Below, one piece after another: positions 24,991-37,109 of a DNA stretch of 64,000 bases. Both the position numbers and the translations under genes were made by a program. The stretch is taken from positions 967,232 through 1,031,231 of the forward strand of contig RDEW01000006.1 of NCBI GenBank assembly GCA_011109175.1. The letters are read 5' to 3'. Position 1 is the first letter of the stretch; each line of letters opens with the position of its first letter. This DNA is from Dicyema japonicum (lineage: Eukaryota; Animalia; Dicyemida). The notes below the pieces were generated by a model. That model saw only the letters and a list, made by a program, of their open reading frames with translations. It was not told the DNA's origin and made no database searches.

Positions 24991-26051
24991 GACGTAATGT
25001 ATGAAGCAGCATCAGAAATAAGTAAATAAAAATTTTTCCTATCAACATTGAGTTTGCGGATGACGTCATCAATAATTTGACATATAAAGGGATGTATTAA
25101 TTGCAATACAATCAATTAAAAAAATATTTTTGTGGATTCTTTAATGTTCCAAAAAGACAATTAACATACTTATCTTTGGCAACATCAGTTTCGTCAATTA
25201 TTAAAACAATTTGTTCACTTGAAATTGTGTTAATAATTTGTGAAACCATCCTTTCAGCAAGAATGTCTCTACATTTGGTTTCTGAAGGAACAGAATGTCC
25301 ATATTTATTTAAAAGCGAAATATCGTAACTTGTGAAGTGGAATATTTGCTGATAAAAATGCATTTGCAAGATCCATGGCAAAACAATCAGTAGTGACCTC
25401 ATTTTTAATATGAGTATCCAAAGTATTATTCGTATTTGAGATTCTCAGAATTTGCTTTTTGGAATTCCGATGCTTTTCAATAAGCCATTGCTTGTTAGCG
25501 GTCACGTAAGAATTGCAAAATTTTCAGAATAATTTTTTATCCAATGAAGATGAAAACTCTTTAGGATATTTATTAACAATAGAAGAAATTTGTTTTTAGG
25601 TATTATAGAAAAACAGACAACAAGAACCATGTGCAGTTTGAAATTATATCAATATTAAAAAATTGCTATAATATTTTATAATTCACGTGATTAGTTATTT
25701 GTGTAACCGTTGGTGTTATTATTATAATTTTTTTTATTATTAATAAATAAAAAGTTGCTNCATGTGCAGTTTGAAATTATATCAATATTAAAAAATTGCT
25801 ATAATATTTTATAATTCACGTGATTAGTTATTTGTGTAACCGTTGGTGTTATTATTATAATTTTTTTATCATTAATAAATAAAAAGTTGCTTATTCAAAT
25901 AAAAGTTGACGGTAATAGTAAAAAATTGACTTTGTTGCATTTATAACTTTTTATATAAACATTTTTTATTAAAATAATTTGATTAATAGAATTTTAACAC
26001 TATAATTGAACAAAGAACTCAAGTTGACTTTGTTGACTTTTGGTTGCCCTA

Positions 26052-26095
26052 ATTATGACTCTCGTGAAAAGGCTGTATTATTATTATACAAATTA
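26052..26095 (+). mobile_element. 3' remainder of the SINE split by the hAT element
   Basis: attatgactctcgtgaaaaggctgtattattatta continues the SINE consensus exactly from 17693. Confidence 0.85.
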
Positions 26096-26879
26096 TATTT
26101 GTTTCAATATTACACTGGAGTATAGGAGGCAGAGCCCTGAGATGCCATATGGGCAGAGGGTTCAATTGGACAAGGCGCTCTCGGAGTTGTTTCAGCAACC
26201 AGAATCGAACCTGCCTGAGAAGGCTGGCGAACAGGCAGGCGAGGAAGGTTGTTGATTATTAAATATATTAACTTTTTTATTGTTTGTTAAATAAAATTAT
26301 CTTTGTTTCAATATTATAGTTTCATTTTTTAAATAATGTATATAAGTAAAAATAAATATTTTTCACTTTTTTGGGCACTCGAATGCTCCACCCTGGGTCC
26401 GACTGTATTTACTTTAAAAAGTCTCACAACTTTTCACTAAGGACATTTGCTAACATATATTAATCATCCATGACAGGTTGATGTGATTCACCACCCAAGG
26501 GACTCTAGAAACTTAAAAACTATTTGATTTATCCCATTTGGTTGTAGTAGTCCTTGTTTTCCATTGGATCCATCAAAAGTCTTTATCGACAAACTATCCC
26601 ACCAAATGCAGAATTCTTCTACTAGGAAGGTCGCGGTTTAGGAATCAAACATCCAATCACGACTTGAGCGACAAACTAAAAACTATGCTACCTGGTCTGC
26701 CTTGAGAACAAACTGTAAATATCACGAATCGAGTACACAATCTGGAATTATCGATTCTCCGAAACGTTTACCGGCTGCACAGAAATGAGGTATTTCTAAA
26801 ATTCCAATTAGAAATTAAATGACAAAATTCCAAAGAGCATCAAACTAACTAGTGGCGTGATCCCAGCACTCTCCAAAAG

Positions 26880-27780
26880 AGACTTTAGTTTGACAGATGT
26901 CCTTTCCTCGAGCCCACCCAGGTATCCATCGGCCGTATAACTTTTTCTCACGGATTAAGCAACGACACGTTTCTCGGTTCTCACGGATTAAGGTTTTCAG
27001 AGGCATTAGAGACTAGGACTTTCCACAAGTCCATCGTTTTGTAATTTTAGAAGCCCTTTTTGGCTAGTTTGATTTTGATTTTCATAGAATTTGTCCAAGA
27101 GATTAACGTGTCTCAAGAATCACACGCAAATGAGATGGATGGTTCGACGTACTGCTTGTATAAGGTGTTCAAGACTGGATGGTTCCTTTCTTCCATATCC
27201 TTGAGATGCTTTCAGAACATTATCATTTTTCTCGCATTTGATGATCACTTTTTCGACAACATATGTGAATGTCGAATATGACTCCCAAAATTTTCTGGTG
27301 TTTGTTAAAATGGATTTTGGTATATCCACTTTTACCTCCATCGTCCGTCTGCTTAATCTTTTATCAAAAGTGAATGATTTAATGACAGATTTCTCCGAGC
27401 TAATTGATAGGTGGTTATCCTATAACCAAAGGTTAAGACGGTCCAGGCGTTACTTGATGCTACAACTTGAATATTTTGATCATGAAGCCAAAAGAATGTC
27501 ATCTTCATAAGTTATTTGGATGTCGTACTACTTTTCTGGAATGGGACGATCGGTCGTAAATAGGTTGAACAACAAAGGGGATAGGGGTGATCCTTGGGTG
27601 ACACCATTACGTAGATGTAGTAATGTTGCCCCTTATAACCTACATCAGAGTGCTTTTGCAGATAAAAGGCCGAGAGGTCAAAACGGGTAAATTAGGCTGT
27701 CATACCGAAGGTTTTTGTTTGTTCCGCTCGCAGTTGTGGGCACTGCTTGATATTTGAGCGAATCTCGTCGCCATCCTGAT
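26880..27780 (-). mobile_element. Family-A-related LINE RT/3' fragment
   Basis: Minus strand GVTQGSPLSPLLFNLFTTD; C-terminal RPMDTWVGSRKGHL. Confidence 0.75.
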
Positions 27781-27889
27781 AGGGAATAGTCAATCAGTCA
27801 TGGCTGTTGTATGACAATTTGTTTATTATTTTGTTTTATCATTAAATTTCAACAAAATAATGGAATTTTATTAAAGAAGAAAAAGAGAG

Positions 27890-28360
27890 TAAACGGTTAT
27901 ATAGCATCTGCCCTGATTGCGTGGATATTCCCTCTCAGGATAACGAGGATTCGCTAAAATAACCAGCAGCGCTCAAGAGGGTCTCCTGTTTGTGTAGCGA
28001 TCCGATTCCCTAGAAGATTCAAGAATTCCAGCGTCGCGGGCGCAAAGGAACCAGACGTCTCAACGGCGAGTGGAACAAACAAAAAATCCTTGGGTAGGAC
28101 CGCGTACTTTTCTCGTTTCATCTTCTCAGCCTTCTCAGTGGCAGAACAGGCTCCAGAGGCACTCTGGAAAAGGTTGCAAGAGGCAAACGTGTCGGTGCAG
28201 GTAACGTCTTAGACAAGAGGTTTCCCGGCTTCAAAAAGGAAGATTGTCATCCCATCTGGTTATCTACCGTCCGCCTGCAAAGGCCGACAGGTTCGAGCAT
28301 GGAGGGGTGTCCGGCGGCGTCCAAAGCTCGCCTAACGACTTCGTTCAAGGCCACATAAAA
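27890..28360 (-). mobile_element. CRE-type non-LTR retrotransposon 3' fragment (RLE domain)
   Basis: LEPVGLC, DVTCTDTFAS and PLAVETSGSFAP parallel 43400-43800. Confidence 0.8.
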
Positions 28361-28629
28361 AATTTAAAAAATTCTAAATTTTAAAGTTCCTATAGTCTAG
28401 GACCTAGACGTTTAAAATTACACTTATGTTTTAAGCTGCCAATTTAGTCTTTCAAGTTTGTTTGAACCTGAACGGAATTGAAGACAAAGCGACTATATAT
28501 AGCTTACCTTCAATTTTGGGGCACTTTTTGGTTGAGGGAAAGCCGCATTGAATTTTCTTTAATTACCTCCATTTTGGAAAAAGTCATCACAACAAATCAT
28601 AAACTCTCCCAGACCAATCATCTTGATAT

Positions 28630-29100
28630 AGATTAGGATTATTATTAAGAACATTCGAAAATAACTAATTGACAATTTTACTGTTCCCCTTTGCTTCAGA
28701 CTCATCGAAAAGATTAAGGACTGTGTCAGCTTACCAGAAGTACTCCACTAGCTTAAACTTTCCCCAATTTTCGACTGGTGGTCTCTTAGTTACTTCAGTC
28801 CATGGAGATAGTGAGAGAATCATACAAAAAGATCAAATTCATCGGTGCTTTCATTGCAGAATAATAGTGTCCCCAATTGCACCCTTTTATTTCTGTCAAT
28901 CGTTATATTATCCAAAAAGTCAGTTTTGACGACAGTGGAGTATTATTATAAAAGGCACTCCCTTGAAAACATAAAGTTAATAAGTTTCCCTTGTACCGTA
29001 TTCCAAATCATCCTCTTCGTCAGCCTCGACCATGATCTTCTGTTGCGGGCTAGTTATCTTCATGTAGTATTATCCCATATAACTAACATTTAGTGGCGTT
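28630..29100 (-). mobile_element. Possible L1/Tx1-like relic (related relic at about 38370-39760)
   Basis: The two loci share the end sequence cgaatgttcttaataa; FCNESTDEFDLFV resembles a zinc knuckle; no intact ORF. Confidence 0.35.
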
Positions 29101-29739
29101 AGTAATGTTTATTATTTTTATTGATGGATCAATAGAGTATCCATTGTACAATTGTTTGTATTAATAAAATGTCTTAAATTTAATTCGCTTAAACGGTCCG
29201 TTGCTGTCCGGTTCTGTCTGGCCCAAAATCGTGGAATCCTCTGTGGAAGAATGTGAGGACTAGGGTAGTGACCAGAGGATTGTAGGTGAAATGTAGTTGC
29301 TAGGTGAGTGTAGTCGATTATTTCAAAGTGGACCTGATTGAATTGGCAAATTAACATTTTCCTAATTAATCCTCATTCAGTTATGAATCAAGTACGTTGA
29401 AAGAATCTCAAATCAATACTGGATACACAAGTGATGATAATTGATGGACATGATGGGACACGATTAATTCCGAAATTTAAAGTTGTCTATTATGCACGTG
29501 GTATAATTTCATCGTAAGAATTTTAGCAATGTGAATACAATCAGATAAAATTGATTACTTTCACAAAATTCCCACATGAAATTATTTTCCCGCTGTTTCC
29601 GAGCTCAAAATTTACTAAAATTGTAATTTTAAAACCTGAAAATTAGAAATTTACAATTTTAAATTCAATTATATTTTCTGGATTTGTATAAACCCCGGAA
29701 TCTATCATCTCCACAGCCAAACTAAAAAGCTAAACAGTT

Positions 29740-29837
29740 GAACAATTTTATATAGATTTTACACGACGTTGCCATGCGTGAACAATAGCGCCTTTGAATT
29801 GTTCTTAACTGTCATTCACTCAGACAAACTAATTGTT
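29740..29837. promoter_or_regulatory. Cluster of four AACAAT/ATTGTT SOX core sites upstream of SoxB
   Basis: aacaat at 29741 and 29781; attgtt at 29798 and 29832. Confidence 0.4.
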
Positions 29838-29903
29838 TATCGCATAATGTGGGATTTGTAAGGTCTTCGATTAAATAGTTTATTAATTAGGTAATTGGGG
29901 CAC

Positions 29904-30971
29904 ATGAACAATTCAAATTCATACTCTAAACAGCCAATTAATCGACAAGCTTTTGATATTCAAGACAAAAGCATCAATGCATTCCAAATGGGGTATGAAT
30001 ATGGTCAATCGTCTTACTCTGCTAACCAGTTCGACCAGAGAACACTCTTCCCTCTAAATGCGACCTTTCAAGGGTCTCCTAGTAAAAGTAATGAAAAATT
30101 TAACTCCTTCTCCGCCTATAATGGAAAGTCTTTTAATTATTCTATGGGAAATGACTCAATAGAGAATTGTAATGACACAGAAAATGTCGACAATTGCTCC
30201 GAAAGAGTGAAGAGACCGATGAATGCCTTTATGGTTTGGTCTCGGGGACAAAGAAGAAAGATTTCCCAAGAGAACCCTAAATTACACAACTCTGAGATAT
30301 CACGACAACTTGGAAACGAATGGAAGAGCTTATCAGAAGACGAAAAGAGACCATTCATTGATGAGGCAAAGAGACTGAGGGCCATCCACATAAGAGAACA
30401 CCCAAACTATAAATACCGACCCAGGAGAAAGTCAAAGAATCGTGACAAAAAGGATAAATTCCTTGGTGAATTCAAGCAGTCATTGCCCCAGTTGTCAGTC
30501 GTATACGGAGATAAATACTCTCCCAATACGATGAGTCCTTACTTTTCACTTTCATCACAGAATTATAATGTCCCCCAATTGTACCCTTCTGTCAATCCGT
30601 ACTACCCAAACTACAGCACAATTGACTACAGTAGTTACTCAGGCTGTGATAAATCAACTGCAATCAACAATTGGGCGAATTATCCCTTAAATAGGCACAT
30701 TATTCAGTGTCCTTCCTTCATAAACCACTATGAACTGTTCCAACCTAATATTGTCACACAGTTTTTCCCAGACGACCACGGAATTACTGAGTACGAAACT
30801 TTTCCCCAGAATGATCACTTTAGTCTGTACTGTCCTCAGTCAAACTACAAGTTTTACCAAGAGCATAATAACCAAAGTTCGGTTCCCTCTGAGCTTCCTT
30901 CGACGACTGATGGGAAAAGTGAAGTAAACTCCAATATTTTTGAGGAACCATCTGAACAGGTATGTTCTTGA
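29904..30971 (+). CDS. soxB: SoxB-group HMG-box transcription factor, intronless, 355 aa
   Basis: HMG box [76 protein letters not shown] plus the group-B extension [11 protein letters not shown]. First ATG at 29904. Confidence 0.93.
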   Translation: MNNSNSYSKQPINRQAFDIQDKSINAFQMGYEYGQSSYSANQFDQRTLFPLNATFQGSPSKSNEKFNSFSAYNGKSFNYSMGNDSIENCNDTENVDNCSERVKRPMNAFMVWSRGQRRKISQENPKLHNSEISRQLGNEWKSLSEDEKRPFIDEAKRLRAIHIREHPNYKYRPRRKSKNRDKKDKFLGEFKQSLPQLSVVYGDKYSPNTMSPYFSLSSQNYNVPQLYPSVNPYYPNYSTIDYSSYSGCDKSTAINNWANYPLNRHIIQCPSFINHYELFQPNIVTQFFPDDHGITEYETFPQNDHFSLYCPQSNYKFYQEHNNQSSVPSELPSTTDGKSEVNSNIFEEPSEQVCS

Positions 30972-31734
30972 TAATCCTTCTAGAATGGGGGTCACCAATA
31001 GTAAACTAATGTTTGATACTAAATAACTTCGTTTTAGTTTGATTTTCTTTTAAAAATAAATTTCATTTTGTTTTATTGATTTCTATAACAAAGGTTCGAC
31101 TTGAATTTCCACACATGATCAACATTGAATAGTTATGTTAACATTAACGGGGCACTCAACAAATGGAGGTTACAAAAGTTCGCTGCCTATGAAATCGCCT
31201 ATTTTGCTGCATACTTTTTGCTTCTGTGTCCGGGGATTAGTACTTGTCATATCCAAACCAATAATTCCAAAAATCCAAGTATATTAATTTCGATGTTCCT
31301 TATGCTTGGGTCATTGTCGATGAGTGGAATGTCAAGTAGTTTGATAGTAAATGGTGCTTATTGAATACAATGTCTATATCGACTTTTTATTGTAGATATA
31401 TTCAAACCGCAATGATTATTTACTCAGATGATGTAAATGTGCCATGGCAGACTTTATTAGTTGATCATAAGGTGTGAGTTTAATAAGGGTAAAATTTGAG
31501 GGTATTATTGTGACAGCTTTTAATACTGATCGGCTTTTGTACAGGATATTTTGTGTTCTTCAATATACCTGATCTTCTAGTTATCGAAAAGATGCATAGA
31601 TTATTAAATACTTTGAAAGTATTATTTTTACAAAAAGGAATTTCTAGTTGTCAAATTAGACAAAAAAGTACCAAGAGGTTTGCATGACACTTTCCCATAG
31701 GTATTCAGATTTTAGTTAGCACCTTAATAGCTCT

Positions 31735-31900
31735 CCACGGGCAGGACAGACACTTTATTTAAAAGTAAACACCCGTCATGCCAATTAATTGGTAAAAGGG
31801 GCACATTCTTTTCTGTTGCGTGTGAATTTCTTTATACGATGCGGTTCTGCAGTAATGTATTCACTGATGATGTCACCAGGAATCTTCAACCAAAACTGAA
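31735..31900 (-). mobile_element. Old diverged SINE copy
   Basis: Reverse complement gacatcatcagtgaatacattactgcagaac...aaataaagtgtctgtcctgcccgtggagagctat. Confidence 0.7.
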
Positions 31901-32022
31901 AAGTTAGTGAGCTTTGGTTGCAACTACTGTCGTACTAGATTAAGCATAAATTAACTTTCCCGCCATACAAAAAGGGAACAGAATATTAAATTTAATAAAC
32001 AGAAATATATGTAAAAATAGTA

Positions 32023-33080
32023 TTACATAAAATAGTCACATAGCTGTCTATTACTACTAAACAAATCCTGCGAGTCTCCATCATCCTGTCTGGCCGACAA
32101 CTCTGACGTATCAAACTGAACACTGCTATAACAGAATAATAATCACAAATTCATGTTCATTTGATCGTCCAGTGTCATAAACGCAGCTTGATTCCCACTT
32201 CTATAACAGTAGTTGGGGGCTGAAAATATTGTGACCACGATTCCGTCGTGACACCAGTTATATCCCTTAACAGTCACCACTTATACTACCTTCATGGCCA
32301 GTTGGTGAGCACGTGCTATATACTTTATATCATTGAAATGAATGAATTGGGTGGTAATGTCGGGCCCAAAAGCAAAACCAGCCCCACGTGGAGAAATATT
32401 CCAGGAGGGAGAGTCATCGGGGTCAGACCATAAAATGTCACTCATGGGACCCTAACATTTATCTCACTATACAACCTCATGGGGGATCTCCTGAATCCGA
32501 TCCAGAGTCCGTATTTGGTCGATCGTGTCAATACATGGAGATAGTCCCCCGTGTACGCAGAATATCTTGGTCAGCAACCCCCTTACTTTATCATTTATGA
32601 TGGCACACAACGGCAGAAAGTCAAACACGTCAGTAAACAGTCTCCATGCCTCCAAATCTGAGTACTTCTGGGCACACTCATCATAGAACCCGTACACTTG
32701 AGTAATTTGCCTACACTCATGATTCCCTCTCAGAACTGTCACGCGGTCAGGGTATTTTGCCTATAGTTACCACCAATCACAACCTTCAAGGCAAATAGTA
32801 ATGAAACAGTCTCTATAGAGTGATAACCTCTATCGACGTAGTCTCCTAGGAACAGGTAGTTTCCGTTGAGGACATCACCGGATATCCTCAAGAGCTCTGC
32901 AAAATCATAGAACTGGCCGTGGATGTCTCCACAAACTGTAAGAGGGGCATAAACATGTTGCACGTTTAATTGTTCAGCCAATATATCCTTGACCATATGA
33001 CAAAGCATCCTAATCTCATGGATTTGAAGTATTTTGCATTGTCGTAGTGTTTCTATCCATTTATCCAAGTAGGGAGACAT
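32023..33080 (-). CDS. PP2A-type (PPP2/4/6 family) Ser/Thr phosphatase catalytic subunit, 314 aa, 6 exons
   Basis: Five introns (23, 21, 24, 24, 21 nt) give an open 945-nt CDS. Motifs [54 protein letters not shown]; ends CDYFM*. Confidence 0.93.
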
Positions 33081-33184
33081 AATAAAACCTTAAAATGGAC
33101 AAGTAACACAACAAAACAAACCCTAAAATTCAAATATAATTTATTTAATTTTTAAGAACTTTATAATAAACAAAAAAATGTTAA

Positions 33185-33400
33185 TATTTTATTAATATTT
33201 GCGGGCATACAGCACGGGTCGAGAGTTACCCCTTATGATCGCAAGGTCTATGTTTTGAAAGAGAGTCATTCGGGTCCAAACTTCAAGTTGCTCCATTGGT
33301 TTGATGAACTCCATACTGGTAGGACTAAAAACTACAGACGTTTCCACAGAAATCCGTCGGAAAAAATATCTGTCAGCCAACCACTAATAAAATTATATTT
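33185..33400 (-). mobile_element. CRE-type 3' end fragment
   Basis: ISVETSVVFSP and TLFQNIDLAIIRGNS match the CRE C-terminal AVETSG and FQRISLAIQRGN pattern. Confidence 0.65.
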
Positions 33401-33539
33401 TAAAAATTGACACATGAGTTAATTATTTTCTGGCAGTTAAAAACAAAACATATTTTACACAATATAGTATTTATAATTATAAAAATATAGCATTTGAAAA
33501 TATTTTAATTGTTATTGCAACAAAATCTGGACCGTCTTG

Positions 33540-34160
33540 AAGAATAGTTATGAAAGAATCGCCTAACTGCCTGCAGTGAGAAGTCCGTCACAACCCTATT
33601 TACTTCAGACAAGAGACTGGGAAGACGGACGGTCGAACTGAATGCAAACAATGAAGCTATTCCTTTTAGACGATCTCAAAGGATCCTTGGGGTGACTTTT
33701 GACATGTACATGTCATTTTGTCCATGTTGAAAACGTCATAACAAAATGCGAAAAAAAACTTATGTATTGAAATGCCTCACAGGCTTATAGAAGATCGGAA
33801 ATCTTACTGTATTGAGTACTATATACAAACAATACATTGAACCATGCATCTCTTACACATGTGGTATCTGGGGCCCACTCATCTCTTGGTCAAATGTCTT
33901 GAATATCGAGGCTAGCCGGAGAAGAGCCTCCAAAATCACGGAACGCTGGATTTTCCAACCACCAATGCCTCTTGAAGCCATGATAGGAATGAACCATGGA
34001 ACGCGCCGTCGTGATTGCGAAGATCCAGTCACTTGACCGATACGTGCTTGTATGGGGTCGAGGGAAGAGCATCGGGCAAGATGAGATCTCTGCTAGAGCG
34101 TGCTGGGAACATGTGATTAGTTAGTTTTTGTAACCGTGGTCTCTGGTGTTATTATTATTA
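33540..34160 (+). mobile_element. Young 5'-truncated family-A LINE
   Basis: Near-identical to 63270-63820; ends ttagttagtttttgtaaccgtggtctctggtg(tta)n. Confidence 0.88.
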
Positions 34161-34227
34161 TTCAAACAAAAAAATATATTAACTATTTATACTTTTTCAA
34201 GTAATTTCCAACGCCTTATTCTTTATA

Positions 34228-34546
34228 GCCGGGTGGCTTAGTGGTTAGGTGTCGGGATTAAGTGGCTTAGGCTACGGGTTCGAATCTCGCTGTTGTTCAC
34301 CTGGTGGAAGGTTTCACGCATCTACGATGCAGAAAGGGTTTGACGCCGTCATCAGTGAATACTCACTGCGGAACTGGATTGTCTAGAAAGGGCACTCACA
34401 CAATAAAAAGAAAAAAAAGAAGTGAAGATCATTCCTTGGTTCTACGATTAGTTAAAATTAACTGTTATTTACTTAAATAAAGTGTGTGTCCTGCCTATGC
34501 GGAGCTATAAATACTATGGCTCTCGTGAAAAGGCTTTATTATATTA
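34228..34546 (+). mobile_element. Full-length 319-bp tRNA-derived SINE
   Basis: Pol III A box tggcttagtgg (34234-44), B box ggttcgaatc (34277-86), A/T-rich tail, and a perfect 22-bp TSD ttccaacgccttattctttata (34206-27, 34547-68). Confidence 0.92.
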
Positions 34547-35979
34547 TTCCAACGCCTTATTCTTTATAAAAAATTATTTCTCAATAAAAAAAATACCCCT
34601 TTTTCTTTTATGGATGTCAGTGATAATGCACTTAGCCAATTGACCATCCAGCCAATTGGCTATTTACGGCTTTGTTAGATATTTATATAAATTTTAATTA
34701 TATAAATCGATAATTAAATTAAAAGAATTTATTTATCAAAAAGACAAAAATCAATCAAAAAATGATCCCCCCGTCATAATTGACGTTGAGTTGTTTTTCA
34801 CGATCGTAACAGAGATCAACTGGGGAAGCCACCGAGTTCACGTGCGTCCTAGCTTTTTAGTGTAGCTAGGCGTCCCAGTTTCTTTAGGAAACGAAGCGAT
34901 TTCCCTCCAACTGATTCATTTACCAAGGAAAGAAATTACTTCAAAATTCTGCAGAATCAATCTTGGGAAACCAGGGAGAGAATTTGATAAGAGATCAGAA
35001 ACAAGGCCAAGAAAAAGTAGGAGGGGTCAGGAATCACTCTGAGAAAGTTTAACACCTTCATATAATGTAGAATTCACTTTGTTGCTTCACCTACTTGGAG
35101 AGGACGCCTCGTGACTTTTGAGAAACCAATTTTAAAACCAAATCTAATTAAAGACTGAGCTTCTCCACGGTTTTCTATTATTAGTTTTGCCATGGGTAGT
35201 ATCTCTCCGCGTTTTTTAAATCTTTTGATAGTGAACTCTGAAAATATAATAGTATAACTTTATTGATGAGAAATCATATCCCTTATTGCTATTTCCTCTC
35301 TGAGGCGCGAGTAAAAATTTGCGTGATATTGGATTCAACTGTTCGGTCTCTCAGTTTATATGACCGTGAGAACTGAATACACTTAATTCGTTGTTGACTG
35401 ATCGGTGTATCCAAAAAAATGATATTCTTTTTTGATGTTTCCTAAAGAACCCATCACATTCACTCCACATTTCTGGTGACATGGAGTCAATTTTATCGCG
35501 TTTCTATCATTTATCAGTGAGATCAGTGTGCTATAGTCGGTAAAACACGGAACGGAAAATTTGCAGCTGGGAGCATCGAAATTTCTCTGCGATCCAATTA
35601 TCTGTTCATTAAGACTACTACCTTTGACTACCCAACAACATACAAGACTACTTTGGATCAAGAATGGACAATAACGAGAATCAGACTAAAATCACTATAT
35701 TTTGTGTAGAAAAACAAAAATCTTAAAAAGTGGATGAAAATAGCAAATAGGGTACGATCATGTTAAATATCATCACATATATGGTGACAGATGATCCCCC
35801 AAAACTTTCAATTTTGGACAGGACTTATACAAACAGTACGAGGGACTCCCCTATTGTAATCTGCCTTAAGGCTGTGTTGAGAAACTTGATTCCACAAAGA
35901 GCTGAGCACAAAACTACGTTCACTAATCAATTAATTCACATATTAATTAATAGCCATATTAATCAACAATTAAGAAATT

Positions 35980-36660
35980 TACTAATCACAGTAATAGCCT
36001 CTTCCCAACACAAATATGCCTTTATGCGCGACTCCACGATAAGACCAGAAACGAAGGAAAATTCCTCGTTGCACTCCTTAATTTTAATATCAGCACCAAA
36101 CTCGATAATTACGATAACTTGTGACCACCGATGAATCCCTGATGATCTAGATCTGATTCTGAATATAATTAGAGGTGTGGAAGGCAAACATGTTGAGATG
36201 GTTAACAACAATATAATTGCGGCTCTTTTTGTTTTCTCTAGGAGGGATAAGATATTCTCTTTTTTCGGAGATAAAAACCATCCCTCGCACCCATAAAGTA
36301 GGGAGAATAACTCCCTTGTAGATGGACTCTTCCTCCTCCCTTTATGTCATCTATGTAATCTCCCGCGTGTCCACAGTCCAACCCAAAATAACGCTGACTA
36401 CGTGCAATGTTCACTCCCAGTGGGTATTACTGTTTCTGGTGTTTTTTTCTAACTACTTATTCGGAGTGCGCGTGATTTTTCAACTGAGAGCTGTAACCCT
36501 CTCATGCCATTGCTCACTCTGGTCCACAACTCACGGATTTTTCCTTCATATATAGAATATTTTATGTATGTGTCCATCACAATAACGTTATCCGCATAAA
36601 TAAGAATACTAGTGTTAATATTCCTCGAACATGTCAAACTCGCCATGAATATATTAAACA
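35980..36660 (-). mobile_element. Jockey-like LINE RT/3' fragment
   Basis: FNIFMA, LIYADNVIVMD, LQLSVEKS and GCEGWFLSP parallel 22680-23150. Confidence 0.7.
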
Positions 36661-37109
36661 AAAAGCTGCTTCAAAGATTGTCTCGTGAAACCAACTACTT
36701 TAATGTTTTCTATTTCATGTCTCAATAATAACAAATAAATGTCTATTATTTTGATTATTTACAGTCATTTAGTCCTCCTCGTTCATCCAATTAACAACTA
36801 ATTAAGTGAATTCAGTTATCAGCGTCACAAACAGTCCTTCCAAGTCACACAAGTCCACCCAGAATCAGCATAAAAGGTATAAGTCCATTTCATGCAGTTG
36901 TGAGAACCCCACCAGTAGAGTAGAGCAAATATCCTTTAATGTGCTGCCCTAGCACTGTACACCACATGAAGAAGATGTATCGTATGACGCCACACTATTA
37001 GAAAAAGGGAAGAGAAGGATCAGAAGAAATAAACAGAAATCTTCATTCATGTAGCACATGGTACCACGTTAACATGGTATCGACCAATTCCAATAAAATA
37101 ATTAATTCC

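Larger units (their letters stand above)
17694..26051 (-). mobile_element. hAT-type DNA transposon (CGGBP1-like transposase relic) with nested insertions
   Basis: Perfect 11-bp TIR tagggcaacca / tggttgcccta and 8-bp TSD actatgac (17686-17693) / attatgac (26052-26059). Transposase relics on minus: DLANAFLSANIPLHKL, LIIDETD (25050-25560) and ATSCEVERSFS (23500-23850). Confidence 0.85.

Noticed and set aside
25629-25895. About 130-bp exact tandem duplication
   Set aside because: The two copies are separated by a single N at 25760, typical of overlapping contig ends joined in scaffolding; treated as an assembly artefact.
34228-34300. tRNA gene
   Set aside because: A and B boxes are present but there is no complete cloverleaf or acceptor stem. 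It continues into a repeated body with a tail and a 22-bp TSD, so it is a SINE head.
34700-35950. ORFs 35383-35661 and 35760-36134 and a possible ncRNA/hairpin near 35340-35375
   Set aside because: No recognisable domain or consistent spliced model, and part overlaps a LINE 3' end. Left unannotated.
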